Virus record (IMG/VR): IMGVR_UViG_2919005990_000001 | Span: 1-64,000 of that record | From: a virus | Reading direction: 5' to 3' (one strand) | Length of the DNA stretch: 64,000 nt | In this document: positions 50,397 to 58,717 of the stretch, piece after piece | Numbering within the stretch: the stretch's first letter is position 1 | How the letters are laid out: every line of letters begins with the position of its first letter | Made by a program: the position numbers and the translations under genes | Notes under the pieces: generated by a model | What the model was told of the DNA's origin: nothing | Databases searched by the model: none | Seen by the model: the letters and a program-made list of their open reading frames with translations, nothing else

Positions 50397-51268
50397 GCGG
50401 CTTTATTCCATTTCTTTTTATATTCGGCCATAAACTCAGCATCAATTTCTGATACCCATCCACACATACAATGGAATTGACCATCTTTATACTTAGTTCG
50501 GGGCATTCCAAATAAGCACCGATCACTGCCGCAATACGGCGTATAACCTGGATCACTCATTAGATTCTGTTTAACGATGCTCACATCATTCTCCTTGTAC
50601 CATTCCAGGCGCCGTTGCATCAGTGAATGATCACGCTCTAATTGGGTATGCTTATGTTCCAGGGTCTGCAGCTTGGATAGTTTGTTATTAAACTCGCGCT
50701 GCATATACAAGATGGCTTCAGCATCGCCCAGGCGGGCCAGGGCCATTGTGAGCAAGTTCATTTCATTGGCTAGATTGCGCTCATGAAAGGCATGCGCTTC
50801 AAAGCTTTCAATCAGTTTTGTGCTATTTCTGAAGTACTGCGCCGGCCGCTCTTTTCCGCGCCATTCACTTACATAACGCTCTTTAGGTACTGCCATAGCA
50901 CCGGCCACAATCTTGCAGTGTCCGCGCTCATTCACGTAGATCAGGCCCCACTTTTCCGGTAGATCCGTCACTTTGATCAAGTCGGTCGGGCAAATGTAAT
51001 AACGCCATTTGCCCATGCCTGTTGCCGGGTCGGTTCGATGGGGCTTTTTACGGTCAATCAGAAAGTCAGAACGGCTTGTTTTGGCTTCTAGCAATATCGT
51101 GCCTACGTCATGCCCTCTAAGGCCGTGGCGAACTCCGAACACATCAGGATTCTCGCCGTAGCATGCAGCCTCAATCACAGTGAAATGACAGCCGTGACCA
51201 TTGCCAGATTCAGGACGCTTTAAAAACTTGGCCCCGATTTCACAAAGCCTTTTATGCGCATCGTTCAA
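50393..51268 (-). CDS. MmcB-like PD-(D/E)xK nuclease with a coiled-coil and Cys-rich C-terminus
   Basis: ENPDVFGV...GTILLEAKTSRSDFLIDRKKP gives the D...ExK motif. It has a TTG start with a GGGGAATATC SD. Confidence 0.5.
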   Translation of the reverse strand: MNDAHKRLCEIGAKFLKRPESGNGHGCHFTVIEAACYGENPDVFGVRHGLRGHDVGTILLEAKTSRSDFLIDRKKPHRTDPATGMGKWRYYICPTDLIKVTDLPEKWGLIYVNERGHCKIVAGAMAVPKERYVSEWRGKERPAQYFRNSTKLIESFEAHAFHERNLANEMNLLTMALARLGDAEAILYMQREFNNKLSKLQTLEHKHTQLERDHSLMQRRLEWYKENDVSIVKQNLMSDPGYTPYCGSDRCLFGMPRTKYKDGQFHCMCGWVSEIDAEFMAEYKKKWNKAA

Positions 51269-51554
51269 TTGATATTCCCCGGCCTGTTTTGATATCCCGC
51301 ATGATGGTGCTCATGCGTTTTTTTGATGCTTTGCTCTTTGCTTTAAGCAAGTGGGCCAGAATCGCCACATTGATAAATTGCTTGTCTGGATTGCTTGAAT
51401 AAAAGCGATTTGAACGCGGGTCATAGAATGCCTGGTGAATACCGACCGGCTGCTGTGCCACGATTTGACTGATACTTTCACGCGGTCTGGATTGCCAAAA
51501 CTGCATTGTGATTTCTTCAGCATGAAAGAAATTAACCACGGCGGAATCATTCAT
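51252..51554 (-). CDS. hypothetical protein (100 aa)
   Basis: ATG start, with an 8-nt overlap on the upstream gene. Confidence 0.55.
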   Translation of the reverse strand: MNDSAVVNFFHAEEITMQFWQSRPRESISQIVAQQPVGIHQAFYDPRSNRFYSSNPDKQFINVAILAHLLKAKSKASKKRMSTIMRDIKTGRGISIERCA

Positions 51555-52221
51555 GATCGATCACCATATTGCTCACGGTCAGACGATCCAGGCCGCGTTC
51601 GCGGTTAAGGTGAACGTGCTCCAAATAACGCTCTAAGGTCGCTACATATTCATTGGCTTCGAGTAGTTTGGAATTGCGCTTATATTCAGTCAGCAACGGC
51701 GCGTAATGCTCATGAACGGCTGAAGGCATGATGTACACCACATCCTTACTATCCCTGCCCAGGATGCGCAAACTACTCCATTGAAAGCCTTGATTCTCAA
51801 TAGAGCGGACTGCTCTAAATTGAATGTGGCCTTTTGCTAGTAAGTCCACATTAGAGCCCCGTTGATTTAATAGCGGCTTTAGATCACCGACCAACTTAAA
51901 AAAGAGCTCCTGCATCAGTCTGGCTTGATCAGAATTGTGACAAATCACTATTACCCATTTGCCTTTCAGGCGCTGTTCGATAGCCGACAATAAAATACGG
52001 CGCTCCTGGGTAAACTCTTCTTGCTTGGATAGGCGGTAATTACTCTGGATCTGATCTGCGGCTTTTAAAGCCTGGTAGATCGTAATAAAGGTCTGATCAA
52101 TATTTTCAGTCTGGCCCGCCGTTATGCGGTCATAAATATTGGCCCAAAACTCATGACTGGCCGTAAATACGGTCTTACTGTCGGCCATGCTCAGCATGGT
52201 TTTAATGAATAACTGTTTCAC
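51547..52221 (-). CDS. hypothetical protein (about 224 aa)
   Basis: GTG 52219-52221 follows ACACAATAGGGAAAC, the same leader as gene 56053-56823. The ORF-track start at 52257 is TTG. Confidence 0.55.
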   Translation of the reverse strand: MKQLFIKTMLSMADSKTVFTASHEFWANIYDRITAGQTENIDQTFITIYQALKAADQIQSNYRLSKQEEFTQERRILLSAIEQRLKGKWVIVICHNSDQARLMQELFFKLVGDLKPLLNQRGSNVDLLAKGHIQFRAVRSIENQGFQWSSLRILGRDSKDVVYIMPSAVHEHYAPLLTEYKRNSKLLEANEYVATLERYLEHVHLNRERGLDRLTVSNMVIDHE

Positions 52222-52314
52222 TATGCGTTTCCCTATTGTGTATGAATTTATATTCAAAATCGCATAATATACATATTACTTTATACTTTAAAGCATAATT
52301 TATAGTTAGTCATA

Positions 52315-52345
52315 AAATAATATGCGCATATAGCGCATATTATTT
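52315..52345 (-). terminator. AT-rich perfect palindrome (13-bp arms); terminator or operator
   Basis: aaataatatgcgc-atata-gcgcatattattt, 17 nt after the stop of ORF 52362-52925. Confidence 0.4.
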
Positions 52346-52361
52346 AAACTTTAAAGCATCA

Positions 52362-52925
52362 TCAATTAAACATAGCTTCTCGTTCATCCAGGCTTTGCAC
52401 CAGGTTTGAGCCATCTAAACGCTGCTGTGGGGCCGATTGATCAAATAAGCTGTACTGACCAGGGGCATTGCTCCCACTGCACGGCATGCGATGATTCTGG
52501 GCCTGTGGACAGCGTTTATTGCCGCACTCCCGGCATAGAATCATGCGGCTCTGTATATCATCGGCATCTTTGCAGCACTGCACACAATCATATTCAGCAC
52601 CGGTGCCAAAAAAGGAACGTACCGGCTTAGCCTCGGCACCGGCCCGGGTCAGTTCCTGGATCTTATTGGGCTTTAAAAATTTCAGTTTGCTTAGCGTATT
52701 TTTAGCGAATGCGCCGTTGTCCTGATCCTCTGGATCTCGCAATACATCAGGCAAGCCATTGAACGGGTTATCCCGTGTAGTCACCAGGCAACTAAAGTCA
52801 TATTCATTTAAGCTAAAGCCGCCTTTTGTTAGGCATTGATCTGCACAATACAAACGGCCCGCATGAAATCCCGCGCCTAACGCCAGGACAAAAATAATCA
52901 GTGCTGCAACGATATAGAACATCAT
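52362..52925 (-). CDS. membrane-anchored Cys-rich protein (187 aa)
   Basis: An N-terminal TM segment is present. CVQCCKD...CRECGNKRCP forms a zinc-ribbon-like cluster. Confidence 0.6.
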   Translation of the reverse strand: MMFYIVAALIIFVLALGAGFHAGRLYCADQCLTKGGFSLNEYDFSCLVTTRDNPFNGLPDVLRDPEDQDNGAFAKNTLSKLKFLKPNKIQELTRAGAEAKPVRSFFGTGAEYDCVQCCKDADDIQSRMILCRECGNKRCPQAQNHRMPCSGSNAPGQYSLFDQSAPQQRLDGSNLVQSLDEREAMFN

Positions 52926-52959
52926 CTTAAAACCCTTCGTTTTTTGTTATCACATGGGC

Positions 52960-53000
52960 TTATTAAAAGGGATCAGACGGCGCCGTATTTTCGATATTCC
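52960..53000 (-). promoter_or_regulatory. 41-bp upstream element (variant)
   Basis: GGAATATC-GAAAATACGGCGCCGTCTGATCCCTT-TTAATAA, 34 nt upstream of ATG 52925. Confidence 0.5.
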
Positions 53001-53018
53001 TGGTTTTAATATTGACCT

Positions 53019-53060
53019 TGCTCATTTGAACATTTTGTTCATTTGAACATACTGTTCATA
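53019..53060. promoter_or_regulatory. palindrome array (2.5 units)
   Basis: Units at 53019, 53036 and 53053. It lies between terminator 53068-53092 and the 41-bp element at 52960-53000. Confidence 0.55.
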
Positions 53061-53067
53061 TCGGCAT

Positions 53068-53092
53068 GAAAAAGCCCGCATATTGCGGGCCT
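53068..53092 (-). terminator. intrinsic terminator
   Basis: The minus strand reads GGCCCGCAATATGCGGGCTTTTT. Confidence 0.7.
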
Positions 53093-53105
53093 GGACTATT
53101 GGGAT

Positions 53106-53291
53106 CTACCAACGGCGCCTACGGTCTTCCTTGTCATGTCGTTCGAGCGTTTCATCTGCTATACGTGCCTGGCGCTTAATATCTTCAGCCAATTCGATCA
53201 GCTGCTTAATTGGTACGTCTTTAGGGCTCACACCAGATTGCAGCATTGCCACTGCATAAGCCTGGGTCATTTCTTCTAGGGGTTGGCTCAT
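53106..53291 (-). CDS. hypothetical protein (61 aa)
   Basis: The ATG follows TAAGGAATCTC (an SD). Confidence 0.5.
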   Translation of the reverse strand: MSQPLEEMTQAYAVAMLQSGVSPKDVPIKQLIELAEDIKRQARIADETLERHDKEDRRRRW

Positions 53292-53299
53292 GAGATTCC

Positions 53300-53866
53300 T
53301 TATAAATCGATCTTATGTGAAGTGAGGCTTGCACCTTGTTTTATTTTTTCATCCGCCTGGGCCCGGGCATCCAGGTAGGCAATATAAGCCGGATCTGCCA
53401 ATAGCTTTAAAGGGTCATAAACAGGCATAGACAAGGCGTTTTCATCCAGATAAAGGCTGATAATCTCGGTGCCGGCTTCATAGCGTAAATATTCACCCTC
53501 GGCATGGTGCTGCTCTGTCACGACTTCATCAACGGCGTGGGCACCTTTGCCGGCTACAATGCCATAGCACAGTTCGTTAAATTCGCCATAATTCTCGATA
53601 TGACTGCCATCGGCTACACGATCCCGATACCAATCCAGGCTATCTTCAGCCGCGGCCTTTGCCTCGTCTAAGGTGTCATGGTACTTAAAGCCATTACCAT
53701 TAAAATCATGGCTAAAATATTGATCTGTTCCAGGCATGGTATGGGCTTGGAGTAACGCCCGGGCAAAGTCATACACATACGGGTTTAAGTCTTCTGCGCC
53801 GTCTGGCTGTGTTTTTAATTTAAAGCCATGTGCAAGCGCAAGCTGCTTAATCTGTTCATTGGTCAT
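53300..53866 (-). CDS. hypothetical protein (188 aa)
   Basis: ATG 53864-53866 with a GAGGAA SD is preferred over the ORF-track start at 53893. Confidence 0.6.
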   Translation of the reverse strand: MTNEQIKQLALAHGFKLKTQPDGAEDLNPYVYDFARALLQAHTMPGTDQYFSHDFNGNGFKYHDTLDEAKAAAEDSLDWYRDRVADGSHIENYGEFNELCYGIVAGKGAHAVDEVVTEQHHAEGEYLRYEAGTEIISLYLDENALSMPVYDPLKLLADPAYIAYLDARAQADEKIKQGASLTSHKIDL

Positions 53867-53870
53867 GTTT

Positions 53871-54077
53871 TTATTCCTCTCCTGGGGCGCCACACATTAA
53901 GCAATGGGTATAAACCCCCATACCTGGCTCTGTTTCGTGAAAATTAGTCGGATGATTTGATTTTGGCAATATTTCAGTATCCGTGAAGCCATTGTGGTGA
54001 ATATGCGGGGCCAGGCCCATATAAGGGAAAACACATTCACCATTACCATCATGGCAATGCTCACAATAACGACTCAT
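53871..54077 (-). CDS. small Cys/His-rich zinc-ribbon-like protein (68 aa)
   Basis: CEHCHDGNGEC ... HCLMCG. Confidence 0.5.
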   Translation of the reverse strand: MSRYCEHCHDGNGECVFPYMGLAPHIHHNGFTDTEILPKSNHPTNFHETEPGMGVYTHCLMCGAPGEE

Positions 54078-54781
54078 GACAGCACCTCTGGCGTTTCAAC
54101 AAAAATGCCATTTCCAAAAGTTACATTGGTCTGCTTCACATTGGCAGGGCACTTCAATTCTTTGATTAGAAAATCGATATATCCATTCAATTCAACCTTA
54201 CTGACTGCACTAATAAAGGCTGTATCCACAAAGATCTCATGGACCTGTTTTACTGCTGTCTTATACGGCGCCAGGTCCGCAAATGACCACATGTGTGTAT
54301 GGTTAATGAAATGCGCCGTCACACCGCAAGGCATTTTGACTGAAAACTTGTCACGGTCACAGATAATCAGCACATCACCATCCTGGTACTTTTTCAGGTA
54401 TAGATTGATATCGATGCCCTGGGCCGGATCTACGGCGCACTCTGGCTCTGTTTTAGGTTCCTGGTACTTCGAGCAAATAGGCGTATAGGGTGGCATTTGA
54501 TGCACAGTGCCCGGCTGATCCATTGCAATACGCTTGGCCTTGTTTAAGCGGTTTGCCGCTTGCCACACCTTAAATTCATTTTCTCGCGCCGTCATATTGT
54601 CTGGCAGGGAAAACATAGCGATATAAAGCGGCTCCCGATCAACTTGCTTTGATAAAAGCCCCATCGTGGTTTCACAAAAGTTCTGATAGTGCCAATCCAT
54701 AAAGTCCTTTCGCTCGGCTTTAAGTTCTGCCAGGGTGCCTTCACTTAGGGCGCGGTCAATTACTAACGATTTATTGTTCAT
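54074..54781 (-). CDS. hypothetical protein (235 aa)
   Basis: ATG start with an AAGGATAT SD. Its stop overlaps the next gene's start. Confidence 0.6.
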   Translation of the reverse strand: MNNKSLVIDRALSEGTLAELKAERKDFMDWHYQNFCETTMGLLSKQVDREPLYIAMFSLPDNMTARENEFKVWQAANRLNKAKRIAMDQPGTVHQMPPYTPICSKYQEPKTEPECAVDPAQGIDINLYLKKYQDGDVLIICDRDKFSVKMPCGVTAHFINHTHMWSFADLAPYKTAVKQVHEIFVDTAFISAVSKVELNGYIDFLIKELKCPANVKQTNVTFGNGIFVETPEVLS

Positions 54782-54791
54782 GGTTATATCC

Positions 54792-55157
54792 TTACGCTTC
54801 CGCTTCTTTTATTTCTTCATCAGTCGCATGACGAAAGCCGCTTACTGGGCCGTAATACATTCCCCAACAAGCATCTGGTACAGGAAAGCCATGTATTGCT
54901 GTTTTAAGCTCCACACGACCATCATCTAATATATTTGTGATCAGCCACATATCAGGAAAATTTGGATCTTCAAGAAATACCCGATCCCCAAGTTCATAAA
55001 GTGTATGTTCTCTGCGGTACTCAAGTAGGGTGGCATCTTTCACATTTTTCCAGTTCTCTCCATGATTAACCAACCACGGAAATGAACTATTTTTTGCAGA
55101 CTCATAGCCACCAAGCCCTTTAATGTACTGAGTCACTAATGATTCATTATTCATCAT
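54792..55157 (-). CDS. hypothetical protein (121 aa)
   Basis: ATG 55155-55157 (MMNNESL) is preferred. It overlaps the upstream stop by 11 nt. Confidence 0.55.
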   Translation of the reverse strand: MMNNESLVTQYIKGLGGYESAKNSSFPWLVNHGENWKNVKDATLLEYRREHTLYELGDRVFLEDPNFPDMWLITNILDDGRVELKTAIHGFPVPDACWGMYYGPVSGFRHATDEEIKEAEA

Positions 55158-55629
55158 GATCAGGCTCTTGTTCTGCAGCTGCTTGGGCTTCGCTTTGGCT
55201 GTTATAAAATTCAATGGTGTCACGACTACGACCAAGCGTTAAATGGGCATAGCATTCAACCTCTTCTAGCTCAATCACAGTCATCTTTTTCACTGGCACC
55301 ACGGCGTTTAGATCATAGTCACTATGAATTGCATCCCTTACGCCGTCTATATCTCCCCATTCATCCCAATCACTCAGCTTAAAATATTCCTTAGTGTTGG
55401 ATTCGGTCTTCAGCACAATACCTTCTGAAGATTGCTTCATTTCCTTTAATCCTTCCCGGGCCAGGCGGATCAAATCCGAAAGTGCAAATTGCGGGCTCTG
55501 ATAGTTTTCTTTCTCATTGCCGACCTGGAACTTGGCATTTAATAAATCAATCCCTTCTTTTTCTGCCAGGGCTATCAATGACTCAATGACAAAGCCGGCT
55601 GTCATGGCGGTTTGTTTAATCTGGTTCAT
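55147..55629 (-). CDS. hypothetical acidic protein (160 aa)
   Basis: ATGA overlap with the upstream gene. Confidence 0.6.
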   Translation of the reverse strand: MNQIKQTAMTAGFVIESLIALAEKEGIDLLNAKFQVGNEKENYQSPQFALSDLIRLAREGLKEMKQSSEGIVLKTESNTKEYFKLSDWDEWGDIDGVRDAIHSDYDLNAVVPVKKMTVIELEEVECYAHLTLGRSRDTIEFYNSQSEAQAAAEQEPDHDE

Positions 55630-56072
55630 GCTGCTATTTCCTTAATAAAAAGCTGAAAGCCTTGTGTGATGCATAGTTGACACGTACAACCAAATGAATA
55701 GGCTTCTGCTGTGCCACACTCGCGCTGCTTTTCAGGGCTTAGTTCTGGCCCTTTCTTACGGATAATTTTGTTTTCTTTCTTCGGTTTGTTAGCAACCTTT
55801 TCGGCTCGTTTTTTCTCTCTCTGCTTTTTACGATAGGCGCGGATGAAAGTGACACAAATATCACAGCTGCATCCGTGATAGTTAAAGGCGGCCGGGGTGC
55901 CGTGTGTAATTGGCTTAGGGCCTACAAATACAAAGCCTGTGCGCCGTTTATGCCGCCATTCTCTTTCAGCTTCCTTCACTGCTACCTTGCACAAAGTACA
56001 GCGGCACCCGTAATGCTTATATCCACTAATAGTCCCATGCGTTATAGGCTTTCTAAGGTGCTGATTTTTCAT
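55626..56072 (-). CDS. basic protein with three HGT-x2-(G)Y-x2-GC-x-C-x2-C repeats (zinc-ribbon-like, probably nucleic-acid binding)
   Basis: THGTISGYKHYGCRCTLC, THGTPAAFNYHGCSCDIC and ECGTAEAYSFGCTCQLC, separated by Arg/Lys-rich linkers. The start is uncertain (ATG 56070-56072 preferred). Confidence 0.5.
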   Translation of the reverse strand: MKNQHLRKPITHGTISGYKHYGCRCTLCKVAVKEAEREWRHKRRTGFVFVGPKPITHGTPAAFNYHGCSCDICVTFIRAYRKKQREKKRAEKVANKPKKENKIIRKKGPELSPEKQRECGTAEAYSFGCTCQLCITQGFQLFIKEIAA

Positions 56073-56823
56073 TTTCTTGACCGCGTATATATTGAACAAT
56101 GGCCTTGTAGCCTTCTTTGAATCGCTGTGCCGTATTGCCACCCTCAGACAAATTGAATGCATCATAAAAGGCCCGGAATATTTCCTGGGTAGGTTCCATA
56201 GGCATAAGGACTTGATCCGTCACTACGGCGCTTTTTGGGGCCTGTGCTTTGATCGTTTCCCTTAATGCAGATAAAACGCCTTCCATGATGCGCTTTACTT
56301 CCTGGTAGCGTGGATTTGGCTTACTCAAGTTCAACTCAAAATACCAATCATCGCCGTATATGTTGCTGACAGTAGTAAATAGATCTGTTTCCAGGCATTC
56401 AACCAAGTGCCGGGCACTATCGAAGTCACGGCCATTTAAAAACTCATGGAGTTTGCGCAATTCTCTTTTGCTGACTACGCCACTATGACGGGCCTCCTTC
56501 AGCTGCTCCATGCCTTGTTCGCGCACCCATTCAAATACATCATTTGAATCCTCAAGCGGTATTGAAGATTCAATCTTAAATAACTTATCCATTAAATACG
56601 GCGCATCACAACCGGCAATAAATTCGATCAGGGTGTCTGGCCCAACGTGGGAAAAAAAGTGTGTGCCGATCACATCATGCTCAGGAATAGCGATATTGAT
56701 ACGGCCGCCACCTTCGCTATAGCGGTTATTCGGTTCTAAATACACGTGCGCTGTACAGTTATGTCTACCCAGGTTAGGTATGGAAAAAGATTCGACCTGT
56801 TTTGTGCTGATCTGGTTTTGCAT
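56053..56823 (-). CDS. hypothetical protein (256 aa)
   Basis: ATG 56821-56823 follows ACACAATAGGGAAACTACA. The ORF-track extension to 56898 runs into the palindrome array. Confidence 0.6.
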   Translation of the reverse strand: MQNQISTKQVESFSIPNLGRHNCTAHVYLEPNNRYSEGGGRINIAIPEHDVIGTHFFSHVGPDTLIEFIAGCDAPYLMDKLFKIESSIPLEDSNDVFEWVREQGMEQLKEARHSGVVSKRELRKLHEFLNGRDFDSARHLVECLETDLFTTVSNIYGDDWYFELNLSKPNPRYQEVKRIMEGVLSALRETIKAQAPKSAVVTDQVLMPMEPTQEIFRAFYDAFNLSEGGNTAQRFKEGYKAIVQYIRGQENEKSAP

Positions 56824-56864
56824 TGTAGTTTCCCTATTGTGTAAAAAAGCGACTGCCCGCTTTT

Positions 56865-56926
56865 GACTTATTTGAACATAATGTTCATTTGAACACAATG
56901 TTCATTTGAACATTATGTTCAATTTA
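56865..56926. promoter_or_regulatory. palindrome array (4 units)
   Basis: Units at 56865, 56882, 56899 and 56916. It lies between terminator 56932-56957 and the leader of gene 56053-56823. Confidence 0.6.
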
Positions 56927-56931
56927 GGCAT

Positions 56932-56957
56932 TAAAAAGCCGTGATATGCCACGGCCT
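56932..56957 (-). terminator. intrinsic terminator
   Basis: The minus strand reads GGCCGTGGCATATCACGGCTTTTT. Confidence 0.7.
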
Positions 56958-56961
56958 TAAA

Positions 56962-57516
56962 TCATTTACTTAATGTGATGTTCATTTCATTCAAACATGC
57001 TGCTAGGGCGGGTTTGATTATAATGGCTTGCTGCTGTTGCTCTGGTTCATGGACAGGCTTCACAAAGCACACTTGGCCTTTCTTATTTGCCAGGGCTTCA
57101 CGGTACGCCGTCACCTGGGCCGGGTTTTCCTGGCGCCATTGTTCCCAGGATGGATCTTTAAGGACGTGCTTTAACCAGGCTGCACTTTCCTTACCTGGTT
57201 CAATCGGTTCATGCTTACAGCGGACAATTTCACAATCATCGATAGCGTCTTGAACCGCGGATTCATTCGGGTCTATGCCCAGGGCCTCAAGTTCATCTTC
57301 GTCCATGTCTTCAACTTCATCGCCATAGACATAATTTTCCCGATGTTCAGCACAGTAAAATGCTCCGCATGTGGCATTGTGATTAATATTTTCACAGCAT
57401 ATATAGCCCAGGCCGCGGTCGATCTCTACGGCGCACCCAGGATGATCACAGATAGCGGAAACGCTATAGCCCACATCACGGTTCTGATTCTTACTAAATC
57501 CAATGGCCCAACTCAT
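56962..57516 (-). CDS. Cys/His-rich protein (184 aa)
   Basis: CDHPGC ... CCENINHNATCGAFYCAEH. A terminator lies downstream. Confidence 0.6.
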   Translation of the reverse strand: MSWAIGFSKNQNRDVGYSVSAICDHPGCAVEIDRGLGYICCENINHNATCGAFYCAEHRENYVYGDEVEDMDEDELEALGIDPNESAVQDAIDDCEIVRCKHEPIEPGKESAAWLKHVLKDPSWEQWRQENPAQVTAYREALANKKGQVCFVKPVHEPEQQQQAIIIKPALAACLNEMNITLSK

Positions 57517-57517
57517 A

Positions 57518-57850
57518 TTATTTCCCTTTCGCCTGATTGGCTTTATCGAACAACATGCTTTGCACGTATAAGCTGCCTACTTCCTTATGCTCTTCATCAT
57601 CAACTGAAAAATACAGATTGGCATCATGTGAGGCATATAGATATTCAGGCAATACGCCGTAATACAGCTGTTTTTGTGTGTCTTTGTCATCACTCCATGC
57701 ATAGCCCAGGGCAAATAGCCAGGACAAAACCTGCTTGAAGTTTTCATGATCCAGAATGCGAATCTTTAAATCTTTAAAGGGTGAAATGCTGCGATGATCT
57801 AATCCAGATATCCCGCCAATCATTAACCCGTCTTTTACCGCTACATTCAT
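57518..57850 (-). CDS. hypothetical protein (110 aa)
   Basis: ATG 57848-57850 is preferred, because the ORF-track start at 57862 is TTG. Confidence 0.55.
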   Translation of the reverse strand: MNVAVKDGLMIGGISGLDHRSISPFKDLKIRILDHENFKQVLSWLFALGYAWSDDKDTQKQLYYGVLPEYLYASHDANLYFSVDDEEHKEVGSLYVQSMLFDKANQAKGK

Positions 57851-57862
57851 GCATGGCCCCAA

Positions 57863-58324
57863 TTAGATATATTTTTGAATTACAAGCTGTAAAGTTTCCA
57901 AAAGGTCATATTGCCCCTGCCAATAGCCGTCCTTGTCTTTTTCATATAGACGGCGGGCATCCACCCTGGCAAATTGAGTATCAATGACTGATTTGATCTC
58001 TAGGATCTGGTTACGCTCTAATTGCACCTCATGGCCGTTTAATACGGCGTCTAAGGCACAACTTTCAACAAGTACAAATGAACATGCGGCCAGGTTCTCG
58101 GTCAGCTTTGCCAGGCTTTGCTTGCGCTGCTTTTCCCATCCCCGGCCGTTACAATAATCGGCATAGAAATAGTTGTTTTCAGACTTGTAGAAAATCAAAG
58201 CAGATTTGTACCGGTTTACGGCGACCAGACTGGCATCGCTTGGCTTTAACAGTAATAACCGGGCTATTGTCTTGGGCCCGTGTAGCTTTACCATTGCTTC
58301 CGCGTTCACCTTCGATGTACTCAT
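57863..58324 (-). CDS. hypothetical protein (153 aa)
   Basis: ATG start. Confidence 0.6.
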   Translation of the reverse strand: MSTSKVNAEAMVKLHGPKTIARLLLLKPSDASLVAVNRYKSALIFYKSENNYFYADYCNGRGWEKQRKQSLAKLTENLAACSFVLVESCALDAVLNGHEVQLERNQILEIKSVIDTQFARVDARRLYEKDKDGYWQGQYDLLETLQLVIQKYI

Positions 58325-58393
58325 GCTTGTTTCTACCTTGTCCCGTTAATCCTTCAATCCAATCAGCTGTAAAGTGATCAGACTCGTCTTGCA

Positions 58394-58717
58394 TTAGTGT
58401 CGTGTGTAGCTCATTTCAGTGAAGCCGCTTAGGTCTACGGCTTCAAATGGCTCAGGCAGAATCTCAGTGCCGAAACATTCTTCCTCAAGCTCTGTGGTAA
58501 TCCCTGAAAGCTCATGAATGGCGTCATAACCGGCCATCAATACACGCTCCTTGCCCAGTGCATAAATCAGGTTAAAACAGATTTGAGCCGCCAGGGCTTC
58601 ACCTTCATGGGCTTGCTTCTGACGGATCAAAGGCTTGATTAGCTTTTCAATTAAATTGCTAGAGATTTCTTCAGGACTTTGACTAGCTAAAAACACTAAA
58701 TCTTCCGTTTTGCTCAT
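58394..58717 (-). CDS. hypothetical acidic protein (107 aa)
   Basis: ATGA overlap with the upstream gene. Confidence 0.55.
   Translation of the reverse strand: MSKTEDLVFLASQSPEEISSNLIEKLIKPLIRQKQAHEGEALAAQICFNLIYALGKERVLMAGYDAIHELSGITTELEEECFGTEILPEPFEAVDLSGFTEMSYTRH

Noticed and set aside
53994-54488. Longer plus-strand ORFs in the early region, for example 53994-54488, 57211-57738, 24565-24990, 17635-18132, 7944-8324, 12825-13208 and 36461-36865.
   Set aside because: Each lies opposite, or spans the junctions of, tightly coupled minus-strand genes. They lack SD sequences and show no recognisable protein features. All supported genes are co-directional.
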